A stretch of 64,000 nt of DNA from Candidatus Omnitrophota bacterium (GTDB taxonomy: Bacteria > Omnitrophota > Gorgyraeia > Gygaellales > Profunditerraquicolaceae): positions 679-64,678 of the forward strand of contig JBHPGR010000003.1 of the NCBI GenBank assembly GCA_042570405.1, read 5' to 3'. The translations under genes were made by a program, and so were the position numbers. The notes under the pieces are model-generated. The model had not been told where the DNA came from and did not search any database. It saw only the letters and a program-made list of their open reading frames with translations. Below are positions 28,298 through 36,892 of this stretch, one piece after another (the first letter of the stretch is position 1; each line of letters starts with the position of its first letter).

Positions 28298-29179
28298 ATG
28301 GAGGCAATCATGGAGAGAAGTTCGGTCAAGTCGGCAGGCTTAGGCTTATTTGCAGCCGTTTGTGTTTTTATCTTTGCCGCTTCCGGATTTTGCGAAGAGG
28401 CCCCTTACGGGCATGAGTTTGATACTTATATCAGGTATATGCCGGGAAGTGAGGCAGAAGCGATGCCAGGAGAAGTAGAGATCATAGAAGCCGGCATAGA
28501 GTACAGCTATGCATTTAAGGCCTGGGATAAGCTTCCGGTAAAATTCTCTTTGGAGAACCAGTATATCTCTATCGATGAGAACGTAGGGGTACAGTTGCCT
28601 TCACATCTGTTCGGCTTATCAATCGATATCGAGACTACTGTGCCATTTTTTAGCTTTGAAGATACCTATTGGCGTTTCGGCCTTAAGCCCTCCTTTTATG
28701 ACGATGACGCCGAGTTTGAATCTTCGGCCTTCCGCATCCCTTTTCGCACCTTCATCATTCATAGGCCAAATGATAAACTTACGCTGATAGCCGGAGTTGC
28801 GGTCTATCCGGACTTTGAGTCTCAGGTTGTGCCGATAGTGGGGCTGATCTACAAACCAAGCGAAGCCCTGACCTTTAACCTGGTGCCAAAGAAGCCCAAC
28901 ATCACGTATCAGCTTAATGAACGCATGAGTATCTTTGCCGAAGGCAGTATGTGGGGAAAAGAATTTGAGGTCGACAAGGGTAACTTAGAGAACGTGGTGC
29001 TGAAGGTCAAAGGGATGCGCTTAGCCGGCGGCATAAGATATAAGTTCAATGAATACATCCGAAGCTCTATTTCGGTGGGTGGGGCATTTAACCGCACGCT
29101 TAAATATAGGGACAGTCTGGGCAAGGTAAATCTTGAAGACGGATTATTTACGGAGCTGAGAGTCAAGATCAGGTTGTAA
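28298..29179 (+). CDS. putative outer-membrane beta-barrel protein
   Basis: Signal peptide, alternating amphipathic strands, aromatic-rich. No family recognised. Confidence 0.4.
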   Translation: MEAIMERSSVKSAGLGLFAAVCVFIFAASGFCEEAPYGHEFDTYIRYMPGSEAEAMPGEVEIIEAGIEYSYAFKAWDKLPVKFSLENQYISIDENVGVQLPSHLFGLSIDIETTVPFFSFEDTYWRFGLKPSFYDDDAEFESSAFRIPFRTFIIHRPNDKLTLIAGVAVYPDFESQVVPIVGLIYKPSEALTFNLVPKKPNITYQLNERMSIFAEGSMWGKEFEVDKGNLENVVLKVKGMRLAGGIRYKFNEYIRSSISVGGAFNRTLKYRDSLGKVNLEDGLFTELRVKIRL

Positions 29180-31530
29180 TGATCTATAAATTTATCGACC
29201 AAAAAGGGACCTTCCTCGTAAAAGATCCCCAAAGATATAATCTTTATTTTCCTCTTACCGATCAGAGGGGTTCATTGCTTAGCTCGATCAGCCCGAATCT
29301 CGCCGGCGATATAAAGCGCGATAACGGACATTTCCTCACCTCTCCCGCAAGCATCGAAGATATAAGGAGTAATCCTCTTTGCCGCCGGGATTTCTTTATC
29401 AAGACCCCGGCTGAAACGATCAGGCTCTCTGCGCCTTATGAGGATACTCTTGAGGCGGGATTGCTATATCATAAGCTCAGCAAAAGAATATTGGGCCTTG
29501 AAATCGAGATCCTTAATTTTATACCGCACAACATTGCGGTTGAGGTTATGCGGGTAAGGGTGAGGAATAATTCAAGAAAGGCTCTCAAGTTTACCCCGAC
29601 ATCCTTTATCCCTCTTTTTGGCAGAGGAGAGAGGAATTTGAGGGATCATCGCCATGTAAGCTCCCTATTTCACCGGATAGAGCTGCAAAGCCACGGGCTA
29701 CTACTTAAGCCGGCAATGGCCTTTGATGAAGAAGGCCACAGGATAAATAAGATGAATTATTTTGTTTTAGGGTTTGAGGGTTCAGGCAGGGCGCCTGTTG
29801 GCCAGTTCCCGACACTTGATTATTTTTATGGCGAAGGAGATATTTTATCTCCCAGGGCAATAGAGGGGAAGATCAAGCCGCTGCGCAGGGAAATCGCGGC
29901 GCTTGACGGTAAAGAGGCTTGCGCAGCTTTGAGGTTTGCGGATAAGCGGCTCAAAAAATCTGAGGAAGCAGAGTACATCCTGATCATGGGGATCGAAGAA
30001 AATAGGGAAAGGATCAAGAAGGACTTTCTTAAACTGAATAACCGGCGTAAGGTGGAGAGGGCGTTTATAGAGACAAAAGACTACTGGCAGAAGCATTCCG
30101 GACGGCGTTCATCCGGCTCTAGCCATAAGGATTTCAATAATTGGCTGATCTGGGTTAGTTTGCAGCCGACCCTGCGCAGGCTCTTCGGATGCTCATTCCT
30201 GCCTCACTTTGATTACGGTAAGGGTGGCAGGGGCTGGAGGGATCTTTGGCAGGACGCGCTTGCCCTGATCATATCCGAACCCGCTAAAGCGAAGAAATTA
30301 TTATTAGATAATTTTAATGGGGTAAGGATAGACGGTTCAAACGCTACGATCATTACCCGCAGAGGAGATTTTCTTGCTGACCGCAACCGGATATCGCGCG
30401 TCTGGATGGATCATGGCGTCTGGCCATTCTTGAGCTTAAATCAATATATAGAGAGGACCGGGGATCTGGGTATCATCTTGAAGCAGGCGGCATATTTTAA
30501 GGATCAGCAGCTGCGCCGGGCAAAAGAGATCGATGATCAATATTCTCAAACAGATCAACTCCTGCGCACGCAAAGGGGGAAGGTCTATAGGGGGAGCATC
30601 CTGGAGCATGTCCTGGTGCAGAACCTGGTACAGTTTTTTAATGTCGGTAAACATAATATCGTCCGCCTGGAGAATGCCGACTGGAATGACGGCCTGGATA
30701 TGGCAGCCAAGAGGGGTGAGAGCGCGGCTTTTAGTTTTATGTATGCGGATAACCTAAAAAGTCTGGCCTGCCTCTTGCAGAGATTACAGGGAAAAAGAAA
30801 GAGCGTCTTCATATTTAAGGAACTAGCCATTCTCCTTGACCGCCTTAAGAGTCCGGTTAATTACAATAGTTATAGAGAAAAGCAAAAGAGGCTGGAGAGC
30901 TATTTCAGTTCTACAAGAAATATCAGCGGTAAAAGGGTAAGGGTGGATCTTGGCGGCCTGATAAATGATCTACAGGAGAAGTCAGGGCATTTATCAGCCT
31001 GGCTGCGCGATAAGGAGTGGCTTGATTGCGGGTTCTTTAACGGCTATTACGATAATCGGGGAAGGCGCGTCGAGGGAAAGTCCGGTAAAGAGGTAAGGAT
31101 GATGCTTCCCACGCAGGTCTTTGCGATCATGAGTGGAGTGGCTACAGAGGCGCAGGTCAAAAGGATCTGGGCTTCCATAGGAAAGTATTTGAGGGATAAA
31201 AGGACAGGGGGGTTCCGCCTTAATACTGATTTTGGCTTTCTTTATACTGATCTGGGCCGGGCTTTCGGATTCTCTTACGGCGATAAAGAGAATGGAGCAT
31301 TTTTCAGCCATATGGTGGTGATGCTCTCCTTTGCCTTATATAAAAGAGGGTTTCATAAAGAGGGTGCCCAGGTCTTGGATTCTATTTATAAGATGAGCAA
31401 AGATCGGCGGGCGCAGATTTATCCGATGATCCCGGAGTATTTTGACAGTCTGGGTAAGGGAAGGTATCTTTATTTGACCGGATCCGCCAGCTGGTATATA
31501 TATACTTTAAATACATTTTGTGATGCTTAA
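29179..31530 (+). CDS. cellobiose-phosphorylase-like (GH94 / COG3459-like) glycoside phosphorylase/hydrolase
   Basis: 783 aa. ENADWNDGLDM and LTGSASWYIY resemble the remembered GH94 catalytic region. The N-terminal F.D..G.F....P pattern is also similar. Confidence 0.55.
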   Translation: MIYKFIDQKGTFLVKDPQRYNLYFPLTDQRGSLLSSISPNLAGDIKRDNGHFLTSPASIEDIRSNPLCRRDFFIKTPAETIRLSAPYEDTLEAGLLYHKLSKRILGLEIEILNFIPHNIAVEVMRVRVRNNSRKALKFTPTSFIPLFGRGERNLRDHRHVSSLFHRIELQSHGLLLKPAMAFDEEGHRINKMNYFVLGFEGSGRAPVGQFPTLDYFYGEGDILSPRAIEGKIKPLRREIAALDGKEACAALRFADKRLKKSEEAEYILIMGIEENRERIKKDFLKLNNRRKVERAFIETKDYWQKHSGRRSSGSSHKDFNNWLIWVSLQPTLRRLFGCSFLPHFDYGKGGRGWRDLWQDALALIISEPAKAKKLLLDNFNGVRIDGSNATIITRRGDFLADRNRISRVWMDHGVWPFLSLNQYIERTGDLGIILKQAAYFKDQQLRRAKEIDDQYSQTDQLLRTQRGKVYRGSILEHVLVQNLVQFFNVGKHNIVRLENADWNDGLDMAAKRGESAAFSFMYADNLKSLACLLQRLQGKRKSVFIFKELAILLDRLKSPVNYNSYREKQKRLESYFSSTRNISGKRVRVDLGGLINDLQEKSGHLSAWLRDKEWLDCGFFNGYYDNRGRRVEGKSGKEVRMMLPTQVFAIMSGVATEAQVKRIWASIGKYLRDKRTGGFRLNTDFGFLYTDLGRAFGFSYGDKENGAFFSHMVVMLSFALYKRGFHKEGAQVLDSIYKMSKDRRAQIYPMIPEYFDSLGKGRYLYLTGSASWYIYTLNTFCDA

Positions 31531-32137
31531 TCGTCGAGAGATAGAAGAATTGATCAGGGATAAGGAGCTCGTCAGCGGTTTTATAGACCTAGATAAACAG
31601 CTGACGCCTAACGGGTTTGATCTTACCGTTGAAAGCATCTTTGAATTTGACGCGCAGGGAGCGCTTGATTTTTCTAATAAAGAGAGAGTTGTCCCGAAAG
31701 GTAAGGCGCTTTCGGCGCGCAAGATTAAAGCGGAAGATAAATTCGGCACTTCGACAAGGCTCAGTGCCGATGGTGAGTCCTTCGACTCCGCTCAGGATGC
31801 TTCGAAGGATGCTGAGCAAGCCGAAGCACAAAGTCGAACCATCGGCTGGTGGGAGCTAAAAAAAGGCGGATATAAGGTCAGGACTAATGAGGTGGTAAAC
31901 CTCTCCAATGACCTGACCGCCCTGGCTTTTGCGCGTACATCTCTTTTAAGGATCGGGGGATTTACCCAGCACGGCGTCTGGGATGCCGGATTCCGCGGAA
32001 AGGGTGAGTTTATTTTGATAGTTGAAAATCCAAATGGCCTAAGGATCAAGCAGAACGCCAGGATCGCGCAGTTGATTTTTTTGCCGATAAAAGAGATCGA
32101 TAAAGGGTACGAGGGGATCTATAAAGAAAGGAAGTAG
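31520..32137 (+). CDS. dCTP deaminase / dUTPase-fold protein with an internal extra segment
   Basis: LTPNGFDLTV, HGVWDAGFRGKGEF and ARIAQLIF: trimeric dUTPase-superfamily motifs. About 33 extra aa sit mid-protein. Confidence 0.65.
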   Translation: MMLNRREIEELIRDKELVSGFIDLDKQLTPNGFDLTVESIFEFDAQGALDFSNKERVVPKGKALSARKIKAEDKFGTSTRLSADGESFDSAQDASKDAEQAEAQSRTIGWWELKKGGYKVRTNEVVNLSNDLTALAFARTSLLRIGGFTQHGVWDAGFRGKGEFILIVENPNGLRIKQNARIAQLIFLPIKEIDKGYEGIYKERK

Positions 32138-32141
32138 CGAT

Positions 32142-32417
32142 ATGGCTATGGAGATAAGAATAGCAAAATTAAGCCAGGATGAAATCAAGAAAAGAGGTAT
32201 CACTGACTGGCCGATCTGGGAGAAGGAGGTATCGCGCTTTGACTGGCAGTATGATTCAATCGAAGAGTGCTATCTCTTGGAGGGCGAGGTCAGCGTAGAG
32301 ACTAAAGACGGCAAGAAGGTTACTTTTGGTCAGGGTGATTTTGTCATCTTTCCTAAAGGCCTGTCTTGCGTCTGGGATATAAAGAAGCCAGTGAGGAAAC
32401 ACTATAACTTTAAGTGA
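32142..32417 (+). CDS. small cupin (cupin_3/DUF861-like)
   Basis: 91 aa. W..W......F.W.Y...E.CY.LEGEV.V....G pattern. Confidence 0.7.
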   Translation: MAMEIRIAKLSQDEIKKRGITDWPIWEKEVSRFDWQYDSIEECYLLEGEVSVETKDGKKVTFGQGDFVIFPKGLSCVWDIKKPVRKHYNFK

Positions 32418-32482
32418 GGCCACAACTTAGCGAACGCGAGAGAAGCTAAGTTGTTTGGCCGAACTACCCCGCCTTGGCGGGG

Positions 32483-32538
32483 TTAATTCGCACCTATAAC
32501 TTACTCACGTTCACGCGCTCGTAAGTTATGTGCTCATT
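32483..32538 (+). repeat. family C motif, copy C1 (AATTCGCA box + ATAACTTAC/GTAAGTTAT hairpin + GTGCTCATT)
   Basis: Read directly. Ends 3 nt before ATG 32542. Confidence 0.8.
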
Positions 32539-32541
32539 AAA

Positions 32542-32958
32542 ATGAAAACCTACACTGAACACCTCTGGTTTAATACCAAGAAACGCTATGAGTTTATAAA
32601 TATCACCCCGCAGGTCGTAGATCTGATTAAAAAGAGCGGAGTAAGCGAGGGTTTGTGCCTCGTCAATACCATGCACATCACTGCCAGCGTCTTTATCAAT
32701 GATGATGAGGATGGCCTGCACCAGGATTTTTCTGCCTGGTTGGAGAAGCTGGCGCCTTTTGGGATCGACAAGTATAAACACAACCTCACCGGCGAAGATA
32801 ACGCTGACGCGCATCTTAAGCGGACGATCATGGGCAGGGAAGTGGTGGTAGCGATTACCAGGGGGAAGCTTGACTTCGGGCCCTGGGAGCAGATCTTTTA
32901 CGGTGAATTCGACGGTAAGCGCAGAAAGCGGGTTTTGGTTAAGATTATCGGAGAGTAG
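32542..32958 (+). CDS. YjbQ/UPF0047 family protein (secondary thiamine-phosphate synthase family)
   Basis: INITP.V......SGV.EGLC.V...HITASVFIN and DNADAHLK motifs. ATG 32542 is preferred over GTG 32530. Confidence 0.85.
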   Translation: MKTYTEHLWFNTKKRYEFINITPQVVDLIKKSGVSEGLCLVNTMHITASVFINDDEDGLHQDFSAWLEKLAPFGIDKYKHNLTGEDNADAHLKRTIMGREVVVAITRGKLDFGPWEQIFYGEFDGKRRKRVLVKIIGE

Positions 32959-32962
32959 AGAA

Positions 32963-33035
32963 TTAGGGGGTGGCTTGGACTGGATTTCGAGCTGCGTAAT
33001 GCAGCGAGAAAACAGTCCAAGACAGGACCCCCTAA
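32963..33035. repeat. family B inverted-repeat element, short copy B2
   Basis: TTAGGGGGTGGCTTGGACTG .. CAGTCCAAGACAGGACCCCCTAA with inner hairpin GCTGC-GTAAT-GCAGC. Confidence 0.75.
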
Positions 33036-33062
33036 TTATTAGTATTATAAGGGAGAGTTTTA

Positions 33063-34010
33063 GTGAAAATAAATGATACCGAGATAAAGATTATTCAGGG
33101 GGATATCACTACGCTTAAGGTGGATGCGATCGTCAACGCCGCTAATAATAAATTGCTTATGGGCGCAGGGGTCGCCGCAGCGATCAAAAAGAAGGGCGGC
33201 AAGACAATTGAAGACGAAGCAGTGAAGAAGGGCCCGATAAAGATAGGCGCAGCCGTCTTCAGTTCAGCCGGAAGTCTTCCCGCCAAATACGTGATCCATG
33301 CCGCGACTATGGGGATGGATTTTAAGACTGACGATATTAAAGTCCGTGACTCCTGCAGGAGCTCTTTAAGGGTCGCCGAAGAATTAAAGATAAGATCAAT
33401 CGCCTTCCCTGCTTTAGGCTGCGGCGTAGGCGGTTTTCCTCTGCTTGCGGCTGCAAAGATCATGGCCCAGGAGGTACTCAGATATGTCAGAGAGAAGAAG
33501 ACCGGTCTTAAGGAGGTAGTCTTCTGCCTCTTCAATAAGAAGGCCTTTGATGTCTTTGATCACGGCGTGATTGATTACCTTGATTATATAACCCATAAAC
33601 TCCAGGGTGGGCCTTTTATTACCGTCGATGTGATAATCGAGATAGATGACTCCATAGTCTTGATCGAAAGAAGCAACCCTCCCTTTGGCTGGGCGCTTCC
33701 CGGAGGCTTTGTCGATTATGGCGAGAGCTTAGAGGATGCAGTGAGGCGCGAGGCGAAGGAGGAGACGGGGCTTGAATTGCAGGGCCTAAAGCAGTTTCAT
33801 ACTTATTCAGAGCCTGACCGTGATCCGCGCTTCCACACTGTCGGGACCGTCTTTGTCGCTAAGGCCGAGGGTAAGCCAAAGGCGGGGGATGATGCTGCGG
33901 GATTAAAGGTAGTGACATCAAGCGAACTTGCGAAGCTTAAGTTTCCCTTTGACCACAAAAAAGTTATCCAGGATTATTTGCGATATAAAGAAGGCAAGAA
34001 CCCCTTTTAG
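33063..34010 (+). CDS. fusion: macro domain (ADP-ribose binding/hydrolase) + Nudix hydrolase
   Basis: GDITTLKVDAIVNAANN.L..G.GVA.AI macro motif, and C-terminal Nudix box GGFVDYGESLEDAVRREAKEETGL. GTG start. Confidence 0.85.
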   Translation: MKINDTEIKIIQGDITTLKVDAIVNAANNKLLMGAGVAAAIKKKGGKTIEDEAVKKGPIKIGAAVFSSAGSLPAKYVIHAATMGMDFKTDDIKVRDSCRSSLRVAEELKIRSIAFPALGCGVGGFPLLAAAKIMAQEVLRYVREKKTGLKEVVFCLFNKKAFDVFDHGVIDYLDYITHKLQGGPFITVDVIIEIDDSIVLIERSNPPFGWALPGGFVDYGESLEDAVRREAKEETGLELQGLKQFHTYSEPDRDPRFHTVGTVFVAKAEGKPKAGDDAAGLKVVTSSELAKLKFPFDHKKVIQDYLRYKEGKNPF

Positions 34011-35884
34011 GGTTCGCGTAACTGATTCTCCGCATCGACAATATCACGCTTTATTCCACGGATAGTCTCTCTGATCCGCTCCCTTAGGGCAGATGAAGCT
34101 ACCCTGCTCTTATTGATCTCCCGTAAGATCTGCATCCCCATCCGAAAATATCGTACCACTCCTCCTTCGTCTGTATCGGTGAGTTTCAGGATCTTATCAA
34201 AGTCTGTTCCGCGCAGCCACGCTTCTGTGCAGGAGCTTAGATGAAAGTATGGTTTCTTGCTGATTGGGTAGATCCGGTATCTGATCTCCTTTTGTTTTAT
34301 CTGTTTATAAACTTCTTCAGTGACATCTTTTATCTTACGCGCTGCTTCAGAGAGGCGCAATAGGTGCTGGTTCTTACGCGGTTCGAAGACTACCGCGCTG
34401 GCTAAGATCCCCAGCCCGGATTCATCCAGCTCTTCCAGGATATTTCTCGCGTATAGTTCAGAGAGGATCAGTTCATAGCCGTAGACGCTCTTTGCGAATT
34501 GTCCCTTTTTCGTCAGCTCTGAGCCTTTTATATAGCCCCAATCCTTAAGCAGCTTCAGCTTCGCTTCGATCAGCCTGCGTGCCTCCTTCTGCTGGTATTT
34601 CTTATACTGGAAGTAGTGCAGGGAGAGCGGGTAGATCTTAAAGAGGTCTTCTTTGTGTTTTTCATAGAGGTTGAGTATAGTAGCATATGAGGTGTTAAAC
34701 TGGCTCCTTACTTCTTCCGGCCTGCCGTAGATGATACGCTTTACTTCATGGAGCCTTGTTTTGTACAGATTCACCCGGCAGTAGACAAAACCCTCTTTAT
34801 CGATCCCGCGCCTTCCTGCGCGGCCTGCCATCTGGTAGAAGTCGCGCGTTTTAAGGTTACTTACGTAGCGGCCGTAAAATTTCCTTAAGCTATCAAAGAT
34901 CACCGAGCGGCTGGGCATATTGATCCCCAGGGCAAAGGTTTCCGTGGTAAAGATCACCTTCAGGAGGCGGCTGGTGAAGAGCCTCTCGATCACCTCTTTC
35001 AGGGTGGGGAGCATCCCAGCATGGTGATAGGCGATGCCTCTTTTGATCAGGGGATAAATATTGGACGCAGTTTTATCGCCCTTTAGGTCAAAGCGCTCAC
35101 AGAGAGAGTCGTAGAGGGAAGTTATCTTCTGGCGCTCAAGATCATTTAAGAAGTCATGCCCGTAAAGCTCAAAGGCCATGTCTTCGGCGCGCTTACGGCT
35201 AAAGACAAAATATATACAGGGGAGGCCGTCTTTCTTGCGGATGTAGTTTATCAGTGGCTGCAGCTTGTTGGGGCGTCCGTGTCTTAATTTTTTCAGATTA
35301 TCGATTTTGTCCAGTACCTCGTTCTGCCACTGAAAGAAGAAGTGCAGCGGCACCGGCCTTTCATTCTCGATCACCGTCTTCATCGGTTTATCATGGATAG
35401 ACTCCATCCATCGCGCGAACTCCTTTATATTAGGGATCGTAGCCGAAAGCGAGAGCATCTTCATGTGTTTGGGAAGGAAGATCAACGATTCCTCCCAGAC
35501 CGTGCCGCGCTCTTCATTGTCTATATAGTGGATCTCGTCAAAGATCACCCATTGGTATTGCTTAAGGCTATCCGGTTCATCAAGGATCTTGTTGCGGAAG
35601 ATCTCAGTGGTCATGATCAGCACCGGCGCCTGGGCATTCAGGGAGACATCGCCGGTTAGGATTCCGATCTTATCCTGGAATTGCAGTTGGAAATCGCGGA
35701 ACTTCTGGTTGGAGAGCGCCTTGACGGGGGCGGTGTATACTACACCTACGTTATCCCGCAGGCATTCTTTTATCACATGCTCGGCGATAACGGTCTTTCC
35801 GGCCCCGGTGGGAGCCGAGACGATCACCGAACTGCCCTGGTTGATGTGGTCGATCGCTTCTTGTTGAAAACGGTCGTAGATCAT
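34007..35884 (-). CDS. Ski2-like superfamily-2 RNA helicase (DEAD/DEAH box)
   Basis: APTGAGKT, FDEIHY, SAT, HHAGMLP and QMAGRAGRRG. The C-terminal domain resembles Ski2/Mtr4/HelY-type. Confidence 0.85.
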   Translation of the reverse strand: MIYDRFQQEAIDHINQGSSVIVSAPTGAGKTVIAEHVIKECLRDNVGVVYTAPVKALSNQKFRDFQLQFQDKIGILTGDVSLNAQAPVLIMTTEIFRNKILDEPDSLKQYQWVIFDEIHYIDNEERGTVWEESLIFLPKHMKMLSLSATIPNIKEFARWMESIHDKPMKTVIENERPVPLHFFFQWQNEVLDKIDNLKKLRHGRPNKLQPLINYIRKKDGLPCIYFVFSRKRAEDMAFELYGHDFLNDLERQKITSLYDSLCERFDLKGDKTASNIYPLIKRGIAYHHAGMLPTLKEVIERLFTSRLLKVIFTTETFALGINMPSRSVIFDSLRKFYGRYVSNLKTRDFYQMAGRAGRRGIDKEGFVYCRVNLYKTRLHEVKRIIYGRPEEVRSQFNTSYATILNLYEKHKEDLFKIYPLSLHYFQYKKYQQKEARRLIEAKLKLLKDWGYIKGSELTKKGQFAKSVYGYELILSELYARNILEELDESGLGILASAVVFEPRKNQHLLRLSEAARKIKDVTEEVYKQIKQKEIRYRIYPISKKPYFHLSSCTEAWLRGTDFDKILKLTDTDEGGVVRYFRMGMQILREINKSRVASSALRERIRETIRGIKRDIVDAENQLREP

Positions 35885-35885
35885 T

Positions 35886-35964
35886 TAATGAGCAGATAAC
35901 TTACGGAGCGAAGCGAAGTAAGTTATAGCCTGCGCCTCTTAGTTATTTATGCGTCTGCGAATTA
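35886..35964 (-). repeat. family C motif, copy C2 (minus orientation, ends 2 nt before the helicase ATG)
   Basis: Minus strand reads ..GATTAATTCGCA..TATAACTTAC-13nt-GTAAGTTATCTGCTCATTAA-ATG. Confidence 0.8.
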
Positions 35965-36090
35965 ATCCCGGCGAATGTGGCAAAATTATCAAAGAGAATT
36001 TTGCCACTGCTTATGAGCCGGGAAAGTTCGGGTTTATTACTCATTATAATCTAAATTATTGATTTATCCAACAAAAAGAGTAGAATAGAG

Positions 36091-36298
36091 ATGAATCTAG
36101 CGGTTTTCTCGCTCAAGTCGGTTTTTTAACGCCAAAGTTCTTGCGCTCGCTCGGCTCCTGCGCAACTCGCCCGTCGGGCTTCGCCCAGGACGGGCTCAAA
36201 CATGCTCGTCGTCCGAATACTTCCGTATTCGGATTCCCTCGCTTGCTCAAGCATGCTTTGGCTAAAACCTCCATTCGCTCGAAAACCGCCAGATTCAT
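36091..36298 (+). repeat. family A foldback element, copy A3
   Basis: ATGAATCTAGCGGTTTTCTCGCTC .. CGCTCGAAAACCGCCAGATTCAT. Confidence 0.85.
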
Positions 36299-36321
36299 CT
36301 TTGAAATGGGGCATAAGGCAT

Positions 36322-36873
36322 ATGGGTTACAAGGTGGCATTGGATAAGGCGTGGGAGCAGTTGAATGGCCTGGGCCTGAAGGGGCAAGAGCAGGTAAGGT
36401 TCCTGGCTGACGAATACAGCGTTGATCCGCAGGCGCGCCAGGTCCTTTCATTATCCTGTAATGCCTTGGCAAAGGAGTACAGCGCGATCCTGATCCTGCA
36501 TTACCTTGCGCAAAAGCTTAAGGGGCTGCCTGCGCTGACTAATCAATGGGCCTCTTTTAAGGAACTTTTCCGGATAGAGGGGTATGCTGCGGCCTTCAGG
36601 AAGCGCTCGATCGAGCCGATCATCAGAAAGTACGGCAGTAATCCGCAGGGGCTCCTGGATGTCTTGGATAGATTACCCGCAAAAAGGGTTGACCAGGCAG
36701 ACATAGGTATTATTATAGATGTATTTACAGGGGTTCCGACCCTGGTTGAGCTTTGGCGCGGCGACGAAGAGTTCGCTGCGGAAGCGAATATCCTTTTTGA
36801 TAAGAGCGTAAATAAGATATTCAATGCAGAGGATCTCGCTGTCCTGGCCAGCTTTATCGCCAGCCAGCTGTAA
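36322..36873 (+). CDS. DUF3786-like protein
   Basis: MGYKVALDKAWEQL.. N-terminus and overall pattern recalled from the DUF3786 family. Start moved from 36202 because the first 40 codons read through repeat A3. Confidence 0.55.
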   Translation: MGYKVALDKAWEQLNGLGLKGQEQVRFLADEYSVDPQARQVLSLSCNALAKEYSAILILHYLAQKLKGLPALTNQWASFKELFRIEGYAAAFRKRSIEPIIRKYGSNPQGLLDVLDRLPAKRVDQADIGIIIDVFTGVPTLVELWRGDEEFAAEANILFDKSVNKIFNAEDLAVLASFIASQL

Positions 36874-36892
36874 GTCAAAAAGGAATGATTAA

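Noticed and set aside
36113-36472. ORFs 36113-36472(-), 36126-36314(-) and 36141-36347(+), plus the 36202 start of the DUF3786 gene
   Set aside because: All derive from repeat copy A3. The DUF3786-like protein has a natural N-terminus at ATG 36322 (MGYKVALDKAWEQL).
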